Shown: positions 31,073-40,578 of the stretch, piece after piece
How positions within the stretch are numbered: the first letter of the stretch is position 1
How the letters are laid out: each line of letters begins with the position of its first letter
From: Saprospirales bacterium
GTDB lineage: Bacteria; Bacteroidota; Bacteroidia; Chitinophagales; JADJOU01
Reading direction: 5' to 3'
DNA length: 45,127 bases
NCBI GenBank assembly: GCA_947441115.1
Contig: CANESS010000003.1
Span: 1-45,127, forward strand
Translations under genes and position numbers: made by a program
The notes under the pieces: generated by a model
Told to the model about the DNA's origin: nothing
Database searches by the model: none
The model's input: the letters and a program-made list of their open reading frames with translations, nothing else

Positions 31073-32958
31073 ATTCTTCCTTCACTTATTTTTTCTACGA
31101 CACTAGGGTCAATAAGGGTGGTGACGTCTCCTAAGTTGGAGATATCCCCTTCGGCTATTTTTCTTAGAATTCTGCGCATTATTTTTCCACTTCGCGTTTT
31201 TGGTAGCCCAGGCACAAATTGTATTTTATCAGGCTTAGCTATAGGTCCAATTTCCCTAACTAAAGTTTCTATAATTGATTTTTTAGTATCATCATTTGGC
31301 ATGGCATGACTCTCTAAAATGACAAAAGCATATATCCCTTGCCCTTTGATATCATGCGAAAAACCAACTACCGCAGTTTCTATGACTGCAGGATTTTCAT
31401 CGATCGCATTTTCAATCTCGGCCGTACCGAATCTATGACCAGAAACATTGATGACATCATCCACTCGACCTATGATTCGATAGCGACCAGCTTTATCACG
31501 ATGCACACCATCGCCTGTAAAATATTTATTTTCATAGGTTGCGAAATAATTAATTCGGCATCGCTCATGGTCACCATAGGTAGTTCTAAAAATAGAAGGC
31601 CATGGATAATCAATGCAAAGATATCCCTCCACATCATTTCCAACAATAGGTAGACCATCTGGGGTCACAATGCTCGGTTGAATACCAGGCATAGGATAAC
31701 CTGCAAAGCTAGCTGGAGACTCCGTCACACCCGCCATAGTAGTAATCATTATCCCACCAGTCTCAGTTTGCCACCAAGTATCGACTACGGGACATCTGTC
31801 TTTACCTACGTGACGCTCAAACCAGTGATATGCTTCTTCATTTATCGGCTCTCCTACACTACCTAGTTTTCGAAGAGAATTTAAATTATGCTTATCTACT
31901 GGGGCAGAACCATAAGCCATGAGAGAGCGAATTGCGGTAGGTGCAGTATAGAAAATATTGACTTTATGTTTGTCACAGACAGACCAGAATCTATCCACTT
32001 CTGGATAGGTCGGAATTCCTTCAAACATAAGAGTTGTAGCGCCATTGGCAAGTGGCCCGTAGATGATATAACTATGTCCTGTGATCCAGCCTATATCGGC
32101 AGTACACCAATGAATTTCATCAGGCTCATATTGGAATACATTAGCAAAGGTATAGGCAGAATAAACCATATATCCACCGCAGGTATGAACAACTCCTTTT
32201 GGCTTCCCCGTTGATCCAGAGGTATAGAGTATAAACAACATGTCTTCGCTATCCATTTCTTCTGCTGCACATTCGCTAGAAATACCTTGATTCGCCTCAT
32301 GATACCAAAAATCTCTCTCTGATACCATATTCACGTTGGTATTCATCCGATTGATGACAAGAATTTTTTTAATGAAATCTACTTTATCTAATGCGCCATC
32401 TACAATTTCTTTTATATTCATCGCCTTAGATCCACGATTCATGCCATCAGAGGTTATGATAAACTCAACTTTTGCATCGATCAATCGATCCGCTATAGCA
32501 CTCGATGAAAACCCAGCAAAAACGACACTATGTGCAGCACCTATTCTGGCGCAAGCCAAAACTGCGAAAGCTAATTCTGGTATCATAGGAAGATAAATAC
32601 AAACTCTATCTCCTTTCTTCACCCCCAAATTTTTCAATACATTGGCCATCAAACAAACTTCGTGATAAAGTTGTCTGTAGGTAAAAGTTTTATAGATCTC
32701 ATTCACCTCGTTAGGTTCCCAAATGATAGCCACCTTATCTGGCTGACTAGCTAAATGCCTATCAATGCAGTTTTCCGTAATATTCAATTTCCCATTGACA
32801 AACCATTTTACGTTCGGCTCGCTAAAGTTCCAATCTAGTGTCTTATCCCATTTTTTCTTCCATTGAAAATTAGACGCAATTTCATCCCAAAACAAGTCAG
32901 GGGTCTCTATGCTTTTCTTATAAGCGGTTTCATATTCTGCTATGGTTCTTATTCGCAT
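31069..32958 (-). CDS. acs: acetate--CoA ligase
   Basis: YTSGSTGKPKG, DTWWQTETG, GRVDDVINVSGHR, LPKTRSGKIMRR; start placed at MRIRTIAEY. Confidence 0.96.
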   Translation of the reverse strand: MRIRTIAEYETAYKKSIETPDLFWDEIASNFQWKKKWDKTLDWNFSEPNVKWFVNGKLNITENCIDRHLASQPDKVAIIWEPNEVNEIYKTFTYRQLYHEVCLMANVLKNLGVKKGDRVCIYLPMIPELAFAVLACARIGAAHSVVFAGFSSSAIADRLIDAKVEFIITSDGMNRGSKAMNIKEIVDGALDKVDFIKKILVINRMNTNVNMVSERDFWYHEANQGISSECAAEEMDSEDMLFILYTSGSTGKPKGVVHTCGGYMVYSAYTFANVFQYEPDEIHWCTADIGWITGHSYIIYGPLANGATTLMFEGIPTYPEVDRFWSVCDKHKVNIFYTAPTAIRSLMAYGSAPVDKHNLNSLRKLGSVGEPINEEAYHWFERHVGKDRCPVVDTWWQTETGGIMITTMAGVTESPASFAGYPMPGIQPSIVTPDGLPIVGNDVEGYLCIDYPWPSIFRTTYGDHERCRINYFATYENKYFTGDGVHRDKAGRYRIIGRVDDVINVSGHRFGTAEIENAIDENPAVIETAVVGFSHDIKGQGIYAFVILESHAMPNDDTKKSIIETLVREIGPIAKPDKIQFVPGLPKTRSGKIMRRILRKIAEGDISNLGDVTTLIDPSVVEKISEGRI

Positions 32959-33578
32959 AAAAATACATTTATTTTTTTTCTCCATTGTTTCCAACCGATT
33001 ATAGCTAATGCAAAGAAAACGCTATATTGAATCGAGGTAATAGCATATCCTTTAATATAAAACAAGCATATGGCTAAGGCATTCCCTAAAATCCAGAAAA
33101 CCCAATTTTCTATTCTCTTCTTGGCCATTAAAAACATAGCGACCAAAAACAAGGAGGTGCATATGGCATCTATCCAATTGATAGCTGGAATATTTTTAAC
33201 AGAATCGTACTTGAAATAATATATTCCTAGCACTAGTATGAAACCGCCAATAAACAAAAATGCCATTTGGATTAGAATAAAATCTTGTTTTGGGTTTTCC
33301 TCATTAGCTTTTTCATCGTATTGCAGCCATGCCCACCAACCATATAAACTCATAATGGTATAATATGCATTAATTAGCATATCACCATAAAGTCCCCATT
33401 GAAATAAAAGAAAAGTGTATAAAACTGTGCTTACAATGCCCACAGGATAAACCCAAATCCGTTTATTAATCGCAAAAATCACAGATACAATACCTGCGCA
33501 GGTAGCCAATAACTCTAGCACAATCTGCAATGAAGAATACGTTTGATAAGGTATAAAAAGTTTTTGAATGAATTCCAT
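32949..33578 (-). CDS. pnuC: PnuC-family vitamin / nicotinamide riboside transporter
   Basis: IWVYPVGI, YGWWAW, LMAKKRIENWVFW motifs; about 7 TM segments; substrate not determinable. Confidence 0.9.
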   Translation of the reverse strand: MEFIQKLFIPYQTYSSLQIVLELLATCAGIVSVIFAINKRIWVYPVGIVSTVLYTFLLFQWGLYGDMLINAYYTIMSLYGWWAWLQYDEKANEENPKQDFILIQMAFLFIGGFILVLGIYYFKYDSVKNIPAINWIDAICTSLFLVAMFLMAKKRIENWVFWILGNALAICLFYIKGYAITSIQYSVFFALAIIGWKQWRKKINVFLCE

Positions 33579-33594
33579 AATTTAACGTAGTAGA

Positions 33595-33602
33595 CAAATA
33601 TA
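33595..33602 (-). promoter_or_regulatory. -7 promoter element (TATATTTG) for pnuC-acs
   Basis: TAnnTTTG 16 bp upstream of the pnuC ATG. Confidence 0.55.
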
Positions 33603-33647
33603 GTATTTATCTAGTTAACAAGCTACTGACATAAGAAATCTATAAAT

Positions 33648-33752
33648 AATGACCTAAATACTTGTAAATTTGTCTAATTAACAATTTAAATGAATGAAAT
33701 AGTAACTAATTAGAACATCTTCTCGTCAAAATTAAAGTCAATTTAGGTCATT
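33648..33752. mobile_element. MITE-like non-autonomous element (~105 bp)
   Basis: perfect 12-bp terminal inverted repeats AATGACCTAAAT (33648-33659) / ATTTAGGTCATT (33741-33752), extending imperfectly to about 25 bp; flanked by direct repeat TATAAAT (33641-33647, 33753-33759). Confidence 0.6.
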
Positions 33753-33762
33753 TATAAATATA

Positions 33763-33979
33763 ATGTATGACCATTTCAAGAAAAGTTGTTCTAGAATGCC
33801 CAAGTATAACATTTTATTGTTACTATTTACACTAGTCTGCTTGGTCTTGCCTTCTCATTTTGATTGGTTGCTGCCTATCGGACATATAGATGATGCGGTT
33901 AGTAATATATTTTCTCACTAAACATGTTAAAAAATAAATTGGTAAACATCAAAACTGGAAATTGAGTGACAATCTATGA
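33763..33979 (+). pseudogene. YkvA/DUF1232 family membrane protein remnant
   Basis: MYDHFKKSCSRMPKYNILLLLFTLVCLVLPSHFDWLLPIGHIDDA, then after a frameshift VIYFLTKHVKK*IGKHQNWK; P..D..P.IG..DD motif; the final TGA overlaps the next ATG (ATGA). Confidence 0.6.
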
Positions 33980-34512
33980 AAAAACTACTTAGCTTCTTAA
34001 TTCTCTGTATACTAATATTGCCATTCATAGGCATACTAGGGCTGCGTATGGAGATTAAAGAAATGAAGCGTATTGTAAAAAAAGAAATACTCTCTAAGTT
34101 AAGTCATGAAGAGACTCAAGATGTATGGATCAAGATTTCCGAATTTGAAACTAATTCTAAAATTATATACCATAAAATAGATAATGAACTAGAAATTGGG
34201 GGTGAAATGTATGATATTATTTCTGTAGTGAAAGATGGTGAATTTCTAAAATACACTTGCTACCTTGACCATAAAGAGAGCAGTCTAAGGAAAAAAATCA
34301 AACAATCTTTAGCTGACTTATTCGCTCAAAATCCATTAAAATCAGATAAAACTAAAAGTATACTCGTTTTCTTAAAGAATCTCATTTGTCAGTATCCCTG
34401 TTCATTTCTACACAATAGATGGTCAACGAAGGGGATAACTTTGTCCTATCATGTAATTCATTTGATAGGTAACAATTTCTCCGCATTAAAGCCTCCACCT
34501 CCAGAATTCTGA
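33976..34512 (+). CDS. hypothetical protein ending in a Pro-rich motif, upstream of a TonB-dependent receptor
   Basis: N-terminal TM; ELEIGGEMYDII..YTCYLDHKE core; C-terminus LKPPPPEF*. Confidence 0.7.
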   Translation: MKKLLSFLILCILILPFIGILGLRMEIKEMKRIVKKEILSKLSHEETQDVWIKISEFETNSKIIYHKIDNELEIGGEMYDIISVVKDGEFLKYTCYLDHKESSLRKKIKQSLADLFAQNPLKSDKTKSILVFLKNLICQYPCSFLHNRWSTKGITLSYHVIHLIGNNFSALKPPPPEF

Positions 34513-34612
34513 ATTTAATTTTTCCTCTTAGTATTATAAATTGACTAAGAGTTATATAATTGTGTCAGATGACATGATAAAATTTATTATTCAGAACATT
34601 TAATTGATTATA

Positions 34613-36817
34613 ATGAAACTATTAATATTTAGCATACTTATAGGGTCTGCGTCCCTAGTAATTGCGCAGGAAAATAAACTTATCAAAGAAGTCGTGATCT
34701 CAGGAGCTAAAAAAGAGACCGAAAAGCAGGAGATATCTCAGACTATTGATATTATTTCACAAAAGGAACTTCAATTTAACTCCGCAGGCAATACAGGCGA
34801 TGCCCTTCAAAATACAGGGATGATCACCGTTCAGCAAAGTCAGAATGGAGGAGGAAGTCCTATAATTAGAGGATTTGAGGCCAATAGAATAGGCATAGTG
34901 GTAGATGGGGTGCGCATGAATACCGCTATATTCAGAGGTGGTCATTTACAAAATGTGCTGCGTGTAGATAATGGACAACTAGATCGAGCTGAAGTATTTT
35001 ATGGAGCTGGATCTACGCTCTATGGTAGTGATGCTTTAGGTGGTGTTTTGAACTTTATGACGATAAAACCTAAACTAAGCAAAGGCCTCAAAGGAGAAGT
35101 TTTCGCAAGATATGCTTCGGCACAAAATGAAAAAACAGGTGGATTTACATTAAATTATGGTAAAGAAAAATGGGCGAGTGTGACAGCATTTACCTATACC
35201 GATTTTGGAAACTTGATGGCAGGCAATATGAGAGATCCTCAATTTGGAAATTGGGGCAAAAGGCTCTATACTCAGGCTCGAATAAACAACCGCGACACCA
35301 TGTTGCCCAATGCAAATCCTAACGAACAAAATCCTACTGGCTATATTCAATATAATGTTTTACAGAAATTTTTATTTCAGCCGAATGAGAGTTCCTCACA
35401 TTTATTGAATTTTCAATACTCAAACTCAAGCGATGTAGCTCGCTATGACCGTCTAACGGAGAAAACAAATAATAATATAATAGATGCAAACCCGCAGACA
35501 AATAGATTTAGTAGTGCTGAATGGTATTATGGACCCGAAGCAAGACTCATGGCAGCATATACTCTGCAGAAAAATGAGAACTTTATTTTTTCAGATAATT
35601 ATAGACTGACACTAGCCTATCAAAACTATAAAGAGAGCAGGAATACTAGAAACTTTGGGAATAACAATTTCCGTTCACAACTTGAAAACGTAGATGTAGC
35701 ATCTGTTAATTTCGATTTATATAAAACCTATAAAAGTCATCAACTAACCTATGGATTGGAGTTGAATAATAACTGGGTAGCTAGTTCTGTGAAGCGGTTC
35801 AATATATTGACAGGTGCTCCGAGCTATGCATCCACGCGCTATCCAGATGGGGGATCTCGCACAGGCACATACTCTGCTTATGTTCAGGATATATGGCAAT
35901 TATCTAAAGATCTAGCCTATTTAAATATGGGGGCAAGATACTCTTACAATACAATCTCATCCACTATCAATGATACCAATAGAAAATATAGGTCATTTGA
36001 TTTGAACAACCATGCTTACTCACTAAATGCTGGTCTAAGTTTAATTCCCACCAAGAGCAATAAGATAACTATTAATTTTAGCACTGGATATCGCACGCCA
36101 AACCTAGATGATGTAACTAAAGTATTTGACAATACTAATTGGATACAAGTGAATGACCCTAACTTAAAACCAGAGTTGGCAATGAATTATGAAATAAATT
36201 CCTGGAATAAATTGGCAGAGAATTGTACAATAGAGTTCGGTGGCTATTATACTAAAGTTTTAGATTATATTATCAATGAGCCGACTAGAATCAACGGTGT
36301 TAGTTTTGAGACCATTGATGGTATTAACTATAACTATCAGCGACTAGGCAATGCTGCCTCAGCTCATCTGCTCGGTTTTTATGGTGGATATCGTTTCGCT
36401 CCGCATAAAAACTGGGAGCTCATAGGTAATCTAAACTATACTTATGGTCGATATCGAGAGAATAATACAGCGGCTGAGGTGCCCTTAGATCATATTCCTC
36501 CGCTATCAGGCAGATTTGCAATTAAATATCTTTTTAAAAAAAATCAAATAGAATTATCCATGCTCATGAATGGAGCTAAATTAAGTGATGACTATAGCAA
36601 TACTGGCGAGGATAACCAAAACAAGTCTGCTAATCCGGTCAATGGATATAACCCATCCTGGCATATTCTCAACTTAAGGACTCAGTATGAAATCAACAAA
36701 AACTTATTAGTTCAGGCTGCACTTGAAAATATTTTTGATACACATTACAGAGTTTTTACATCAGGGTTATCTTCCCCAGGCCGCTCACTAAGATTAACGC
36801 TTAGAGCTAGCTTTTAA
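34613..36817 (+). CDS. TonB-dependent receptor, heme/hemoglobin/transferrin/lactoferrin-receptor-like
   Basis: VQQSQNGGGSPIIRGFEANR, GSTLYGSDALGG plug; YRTPN (FRAP-like) and NLKPE (NPNL-like) motifs; terminal Phe. Confidence 0.88.
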   Translation: MKLLIFSILIGSASLVIAQENKLIKEVVISGAKKETEKQEISQTIDIISQKELQFNSAGNTGDALQNTGMITVQQSQNGGGSPIIRGFEANRIGIVVDGVRMNTAIFRGGHLQNVLRVDNGQLDRAEVFYGAGSTLYGSDALGGVLNFMTIKPKLSKGLKGEVFARYASAQNEKTGGFTLNYGKEKWASVTAFTYTDFGNLMAGNMRDPQFGNWGKRLYTQARINNRDTMLPNANPNEQNPTGYIQYNVLQKFLFQPNESSSHLLNFQYSNSSDVARYDRLTEKTNNNIIDANPQTNRFSSAEWYYGPEARLMAAYTLQKNENFIFSDNYRLTLAYQNYKESRNTRNFGNNNFRSQLENVDVASVNFDLYKTYKSHQLTYGLELNNNWVASSVKRFNILTGAPSYASTRYPDGGSRTGTYSAYVQDIWQLSKDLAYLNMGARYSYNTISSTINDTNRKYRSFDLNNHAYSLNAGLSLIPTKSNKITINFSTGYRTPNLDDVTKVFDNTNWIQVNDPNLKPELAMNYEINSWNKLAENCTIEFGGYYTKVLDYIINEPTRINGVSFETIDGINYNYQRLGNAASAHLLGFYGGYRFAPHKNWELIGNLNYTYGRYRENNTAAEVPLDHIPPLSGRFAIKYLFKKNQIELSMLMNGAKLSDDYSNTGEDNQNKSANPVNGYNPSWHILNLRTQYEINKNLLVQAALENIFDTHYRVFTSGLSSPGRSLRLTLRASF

Positions 36818-36991
36818 GCCCTGATTGTTAAATTTATGCAGGCCTCTTAACTTAAAATTTCCATAATTTTGAGAGGCTTATTTTATAATAATATCCCAGG
36901 AAATGACATAGTTAGAAAATGAAAACTTCTATTATTTAAATTTAATGCCTTATAAGGCAACAATATATTATAAATCCGACAGGAGACAGTT

Positions 36992-37681
36992 TTGCCATAT
37001 TTATATATACTATACAGAAAATTTTGTGTACTTTTTTACTCACTAGACCCCGAGAACAAATCTTTTTTAGAAATGGGGGTTAAATTAAATGGAAGAGTAT
37101 ATCAGGATATCGCTGATGAGAATCTTGAAATTCACCTTTTGGCAGAAGGTTGTGATGATTTTAGTGCAAGAGCTACTGATAAATATTTATCTGAAAATTC
37201 GGTTTATTGAGATTATTCAAAAAGACTTTAGTCATTAATCTCTAGAAAAAAGAACTAGATAATATCATAGATAAAATTAATAATGAAATAGGTGAGTTTG
37301 AAATACCCGCAACTGCTCTAAATCAGATGAACAAATTAGCTATTCTCTTAAAAGAAGAATAGAGATATTAAAATCGAATAGAGTTCACTCAAAGACTACC
37401 GAGGAGAAAATGGCACTAATCAAACTTTATCGCAAAAGCGCTCTGAACAGATTCTAAATTTCTTGAAGAATACAGGCGTTTATGCCAATCAAATGGTAGT
37501 CAAGGGTTAGGGTGAAACTAAACTACTAAATGAATATTTAGACGGAGTCACATCTACAGAAGAACAGCATGAGGAGAATAAACCTACTGAATTCAGGATT
37601 TTGGAAATTATGAGTAAAGCAGCTAACCCCAATGAACCTCCAGCTGACTTCAAGACTCAAGAACCTGAAAAAAGGCCATAA
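36992..37681 (+). pseudogene. OmpA-family (PorE-like C-terminus) protein remnant
   Basis: DIKIE*SSLKDYRGENGTNQTLSQKRSEQILNFLKNTGVYANQMVVKG*GETKLLNEYLDGVTSTEEQHEENKPTEFRILE matches the OmpA_C pattern IELSSHTD.RG...N..LSQKRA...KGYGE...NRRTEF; stops and frameshifts; 5' boundary uncertain. Confidence 0.82.
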
Positions 37682-37787
37682 CCAAAATAAATGAAGGAAG
37701 AGCCTGCAAGGACTAATCAACAATTTGTGAATAGTTTACATGCTGATTAGGACCTAAAATCTATAACTTTACGGCTTAATATCAATT

Positions 37788-39050
37788 ATGAGTGTAGATG
37801 TATTGCTAGGTCTTCAATGGGGAGACGAAGGTAAAGGAAAAATAGTCGATTTTTTAGCAGGTCATTATGACTTTATAGCTAGGTATCAAGGTGGTCCGAA
37901 TGCGGGACACACAATTTATCTCAATGGAGAAAAATTTGTATTACACACTATCCCTTCTGGGATTTTTCACCATAAGATAGGAAATATTATTGGAAATGGT
38001 GTAGTCATAAATCCAATAACCCTCTTAAGTGAAATAAGAAATTTAGAAGCGGCGGGTATTAACGTCAAAAGCAAGCTTTATATAGCTAAGAAAGCTAGTC
38101 TAATTTTGCCCACACATATAGAGCTAGACAAAGCCTCTGAGCAAAAGCGCGGAGATGCCAAAATAGGTAGCACACTGCGCGGTATTTCCCCTGCCTACAT
38201 GGATAGAACAGGCAGAAATGCTTTGAAAATAGGTGAAATCTTTAGCTCTAATTTTATTGAAAAATACAACTCTCTTAGAGACAAACACCTTGAAATGATC
38301 AGTTCAATGGGATATACTGCTGACTTATCTGCCGAAAAGGCGTGGATAGAGAGCTTGGAGCTACTTAAGAACTATAGTTTTATCGATTGTGAACAATATG
38401 TCAATCAACAATTACAGCAAGGAAAAAAGATCTTAGCAGAAGGCGCTCAAGGAGCCATGCTAGATATAGATTATGGTACGTATCCGTTTGTCACTTCCTC
38501 CAATACCATAACTGGAGGGGTATGTGCTGGCCTAGGCGTGGCACCCCAGAAAATCAAGGAGGTCTATGGTATCACGAAAGCATATTGTACTAGAGTAGGT
38601 TCTGGACCCTTCCCTACCGAACTACACGATGAGATAGGAGAAAAACTAAGAAAAGAAGGCGGTGAGTTTGGCGCTACTACTGGACGACCTAGACGCTGCG
38701 GATGGATTGATTTTGTAGCGCTTCGCTATGCATGCATGCTCAATGGCGTAACGAAGTTGTGCATAACTAAAATAGATGTATTGAACAATTTTGAAGAAAT
38801 AGGTTACTGCAATGAATATAAGATAGGTTCAGAAATTAGCCATAATATGCCATCTTACCTCACAGATGATATTTCTACACCGATACAATTTGCCAAAGGA
38901 TGGAATACAGACATAACAGTAGGCAGTGGATATGACCACCTAAACGAGAATGTAAAAAACTATGTACAACTCATAGAAGAAAAATTAGGAGTTAAAGCTA
39001 ATCTAGTATCTGTAGGACCAGGCAGAGATGAGTTATTCGAAATAAATTAG
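37788..39050 (+). CDS. purA: adenylosuccinate synthase
   Basis: QWGDEGKGK, QGGPNAGHT, EGAQG, GATTGRPRRCGW. Confidence 0.98.
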   Translation: MSVDVLLGLQWGDEGKGKIVDFLAGHYDFIARYQGGPNAGHTIYLNGEKFVLHTIPSGIFHHKIGNIIGNGVVINPITLLSEIRNLEAAGINVKSKLYIAKKASLILPTHIELDKASEQKRGDAKIGSTLRGISPAYMDRTGRNALKIGEIFSSNFIEKYNSLRDKHLEMISSMGYTADLSAEKAWIESLELLKNYSFIDCEQYVNQQLQQGKKILAEGAQGAMLDIDYGTYPFVTSSNTITGGVCAGLGVAPQKIKEVYGITKAYCTRVGSGPFPTELHDEIGEKLRKEGGEFGATTGRPRRCGWIDFVALRYACMLNGVTKLCITKIDVLNNFEEIGYCNEYKIGSEISHNMPSYLTDDISTPIQFAKGWNTDITVGSGYDHLNENVKNYVQLIEEKLGVKANLVSVGPGRDELFEIN

Positions 39051-39075
39051 CGAACTAAAAAGTTATCCTAAAGAC

Positions 39076-39963
39076 ATGCAAATATTAAATGGTCAGGAAC
39101 TATCTAAGCAAATCCAAGCGGAAATAAAATTGGAAGTAGACGCTATGATAGCTAATGAACAGAGGCCTCCGCACCTTGCAGCAATACTTGTAGGAGAAGA
39201 TGGTGCTAGTCAGACCTATGTCGATAACAAAATAAAAAGCTGTAAAGAATGCGGTTTTCAATCTACAATGATTAGAAAAGAGGCTAGCCTTTCTGAAAAT
39301 GAATTAATGGATATTATAGAAACCCTCAATAATGATGCCAGTGTGGATGGATTTATAATTCAATTGCCTCTTCCTAAGCATATTAATGAGAATAAAATTT
39401 TACTTCACATAAGTCCAGACAAAGATGTGGATGGATTCACTCCACACAGCATAGGACTTATGACTTTAGGCTTAGATGGATTCAAACCTGCCACTCCATT
39501 CGGTATATTAAAAATGCTAGAGCGCTATAAAATAGAAACTAAGGGAAAACGCTGTATCGTAGTAGGTAGAAGTAATATAGTAGGTAAGCCGATTGGTATC
39601 ATGCTAGGACAGAATAATCCAGTTGGAAATTGCACGGTGACTATACTCAATTCACACACACCAGATATAGAAAAATACACTAGAGAAGCAGACATACTAA
39701 TAGTAGCCATAGGTAAACCTAAAATGGTAACCGCTGATATGGTGAAAGAAGGTGCTGTGGTTATCGATGTCGGTATCACTAGAGTCAAAGATGATTCAAA
39801 AAAAGGCTTTCACCTAGAAGGAGATGTGGACTATGCTCATGTGGCAGAAAAATGCTCGTACATAACTCCTGTGCCAGGGGGTGTAGGCCCCATGACCGTG
39901 ACCATGCTTCTATTCAATACGCTACAATCTAGAAAAAATAAATTGAAGGCTCTAACCGCCTAA
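39076..39963 (+). CDS. folD: bifunctional methylene-THF dehydrogenase / methenyl-THF cyclohydrolase
   Basis: IQLPLP, KDVDGF, GRSNIVGKP, VIDVG, TPVPGGVGPMT. Confidence 0.97.
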   Translation: MQILNGQELSKQIQAEIKLEVDAMIANEQRPPHLAAILVGEDGASQTYVDNKIKSCKECGFQSTMIRKEASLSENELMDIIETLNNDASVDGFIIQLPLPKHINENKILLHISPDKDVDGFTPHSIGLMTLGLDGFKPATPFGILKMLERYKIETKGKRCIVVGRSNIVGKPIGIMLGQNNPVGNCTVTILNSHTPDIEKYTREADILIVAIGKPKMVTADMVKEGAVVIDVGITRVKDDSKKGFHLEGDVDYAHVAEKCSYITPVPGGVGPMTVTMLLFNTLQSRKNKLKALTA

Positions 39964-40565
39964 TCAATCCCTAAATACTTGTGAGTCTGTAGCGACAGTC
40001 TCCACCTAGGATTTTCTTTTACAAATTCTATACAAAGAGGCTCTAATTCCTTACGAACGTCCCATTCTGGCTGAATATAAAGCAAAGCACCCTGTCTCAT
40101 ATTATTCTCCAAGTCTTTTGCCCATCGCAGATCATTTTTATGCGCTATGATCATTTTCAGTTCACTGGTATGAGAATAAAATTCTTCTAAATGCTTTTTG
40201 AACCGTTTAGGAGAAAAGGTAACCCAATCCCACAAACCTGTCAAGGTATTTGTTCCTGAGGTTTCTATATGCGCACGCTTGCCTAGCTTTTTGATTTCAG
40301 CAGTCAAGGGTCCTAAATCATACAAACTAGGCTCTCCACCTGTGATAACAACTATCTCTGCAGGTGAATTCGCTAACCATTTGTTTATAACTTCTAATGA
40401 ATACGATGGATGCAAAGCCTCGTCCCAACTCTCCTTTACATCACACCATGTGCAACCCACATCGCAACCTGCTAGGCGTATGAAATAAGCCGCACTGCCA
40501 GACCAATAACCCTCCCCTTGGATTGTATAGAAATGTTCCATGACTGGATAGCTCATCTGAGACAA
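39960..40565 (-). CDS. queE: 7-carboxy-7-deazaguanine synthase (radical SAM)
   Basis: FYTIQGEG, FIRLAGCDVGCTWCD (CxxxCxxC), ITGGEP, SLQTHK. Confidence 0.95.
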   Translation of the reverse strand: MSQMSYPVMEHFYTIQGEGYWSGSAAYFIRLAGCDVGCTWCDVKESWDEALHPSYSLEVINKWLANSPAEIVVITGGEPSLYDLGPLTAEIKKLGKRAHIETSGTNTLTGLWDWVTFSPKRFKKHLEEFYSHTSELKMIIAHKNDLRWAKDLENNMRQGALLYIQPEWDVRKELEPLCIEFVKENPRWRLSLQTHKYLGID

Positions 40566-40578
40566 TGTATTGAGTTTT

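Noticed and set aside
33579-33760. TPP riboswitch upstream of pnuC
   Set aside because: No CTGAGA / ACCTGA / GNAGGGA core, and the promoter motif abuts the start codon.
36838-36885. Terminator after the second TonB-dependent receptor (GCCTCT...AGAGGC)
   Set aside because: Interrupted stem with a long AT-rich interior; plausible but too weak to call.
37538-37723. 61-aa minus-strand ORF
   Set aside because: Antisense shadow of the OmpA pseudogene C-terminus.
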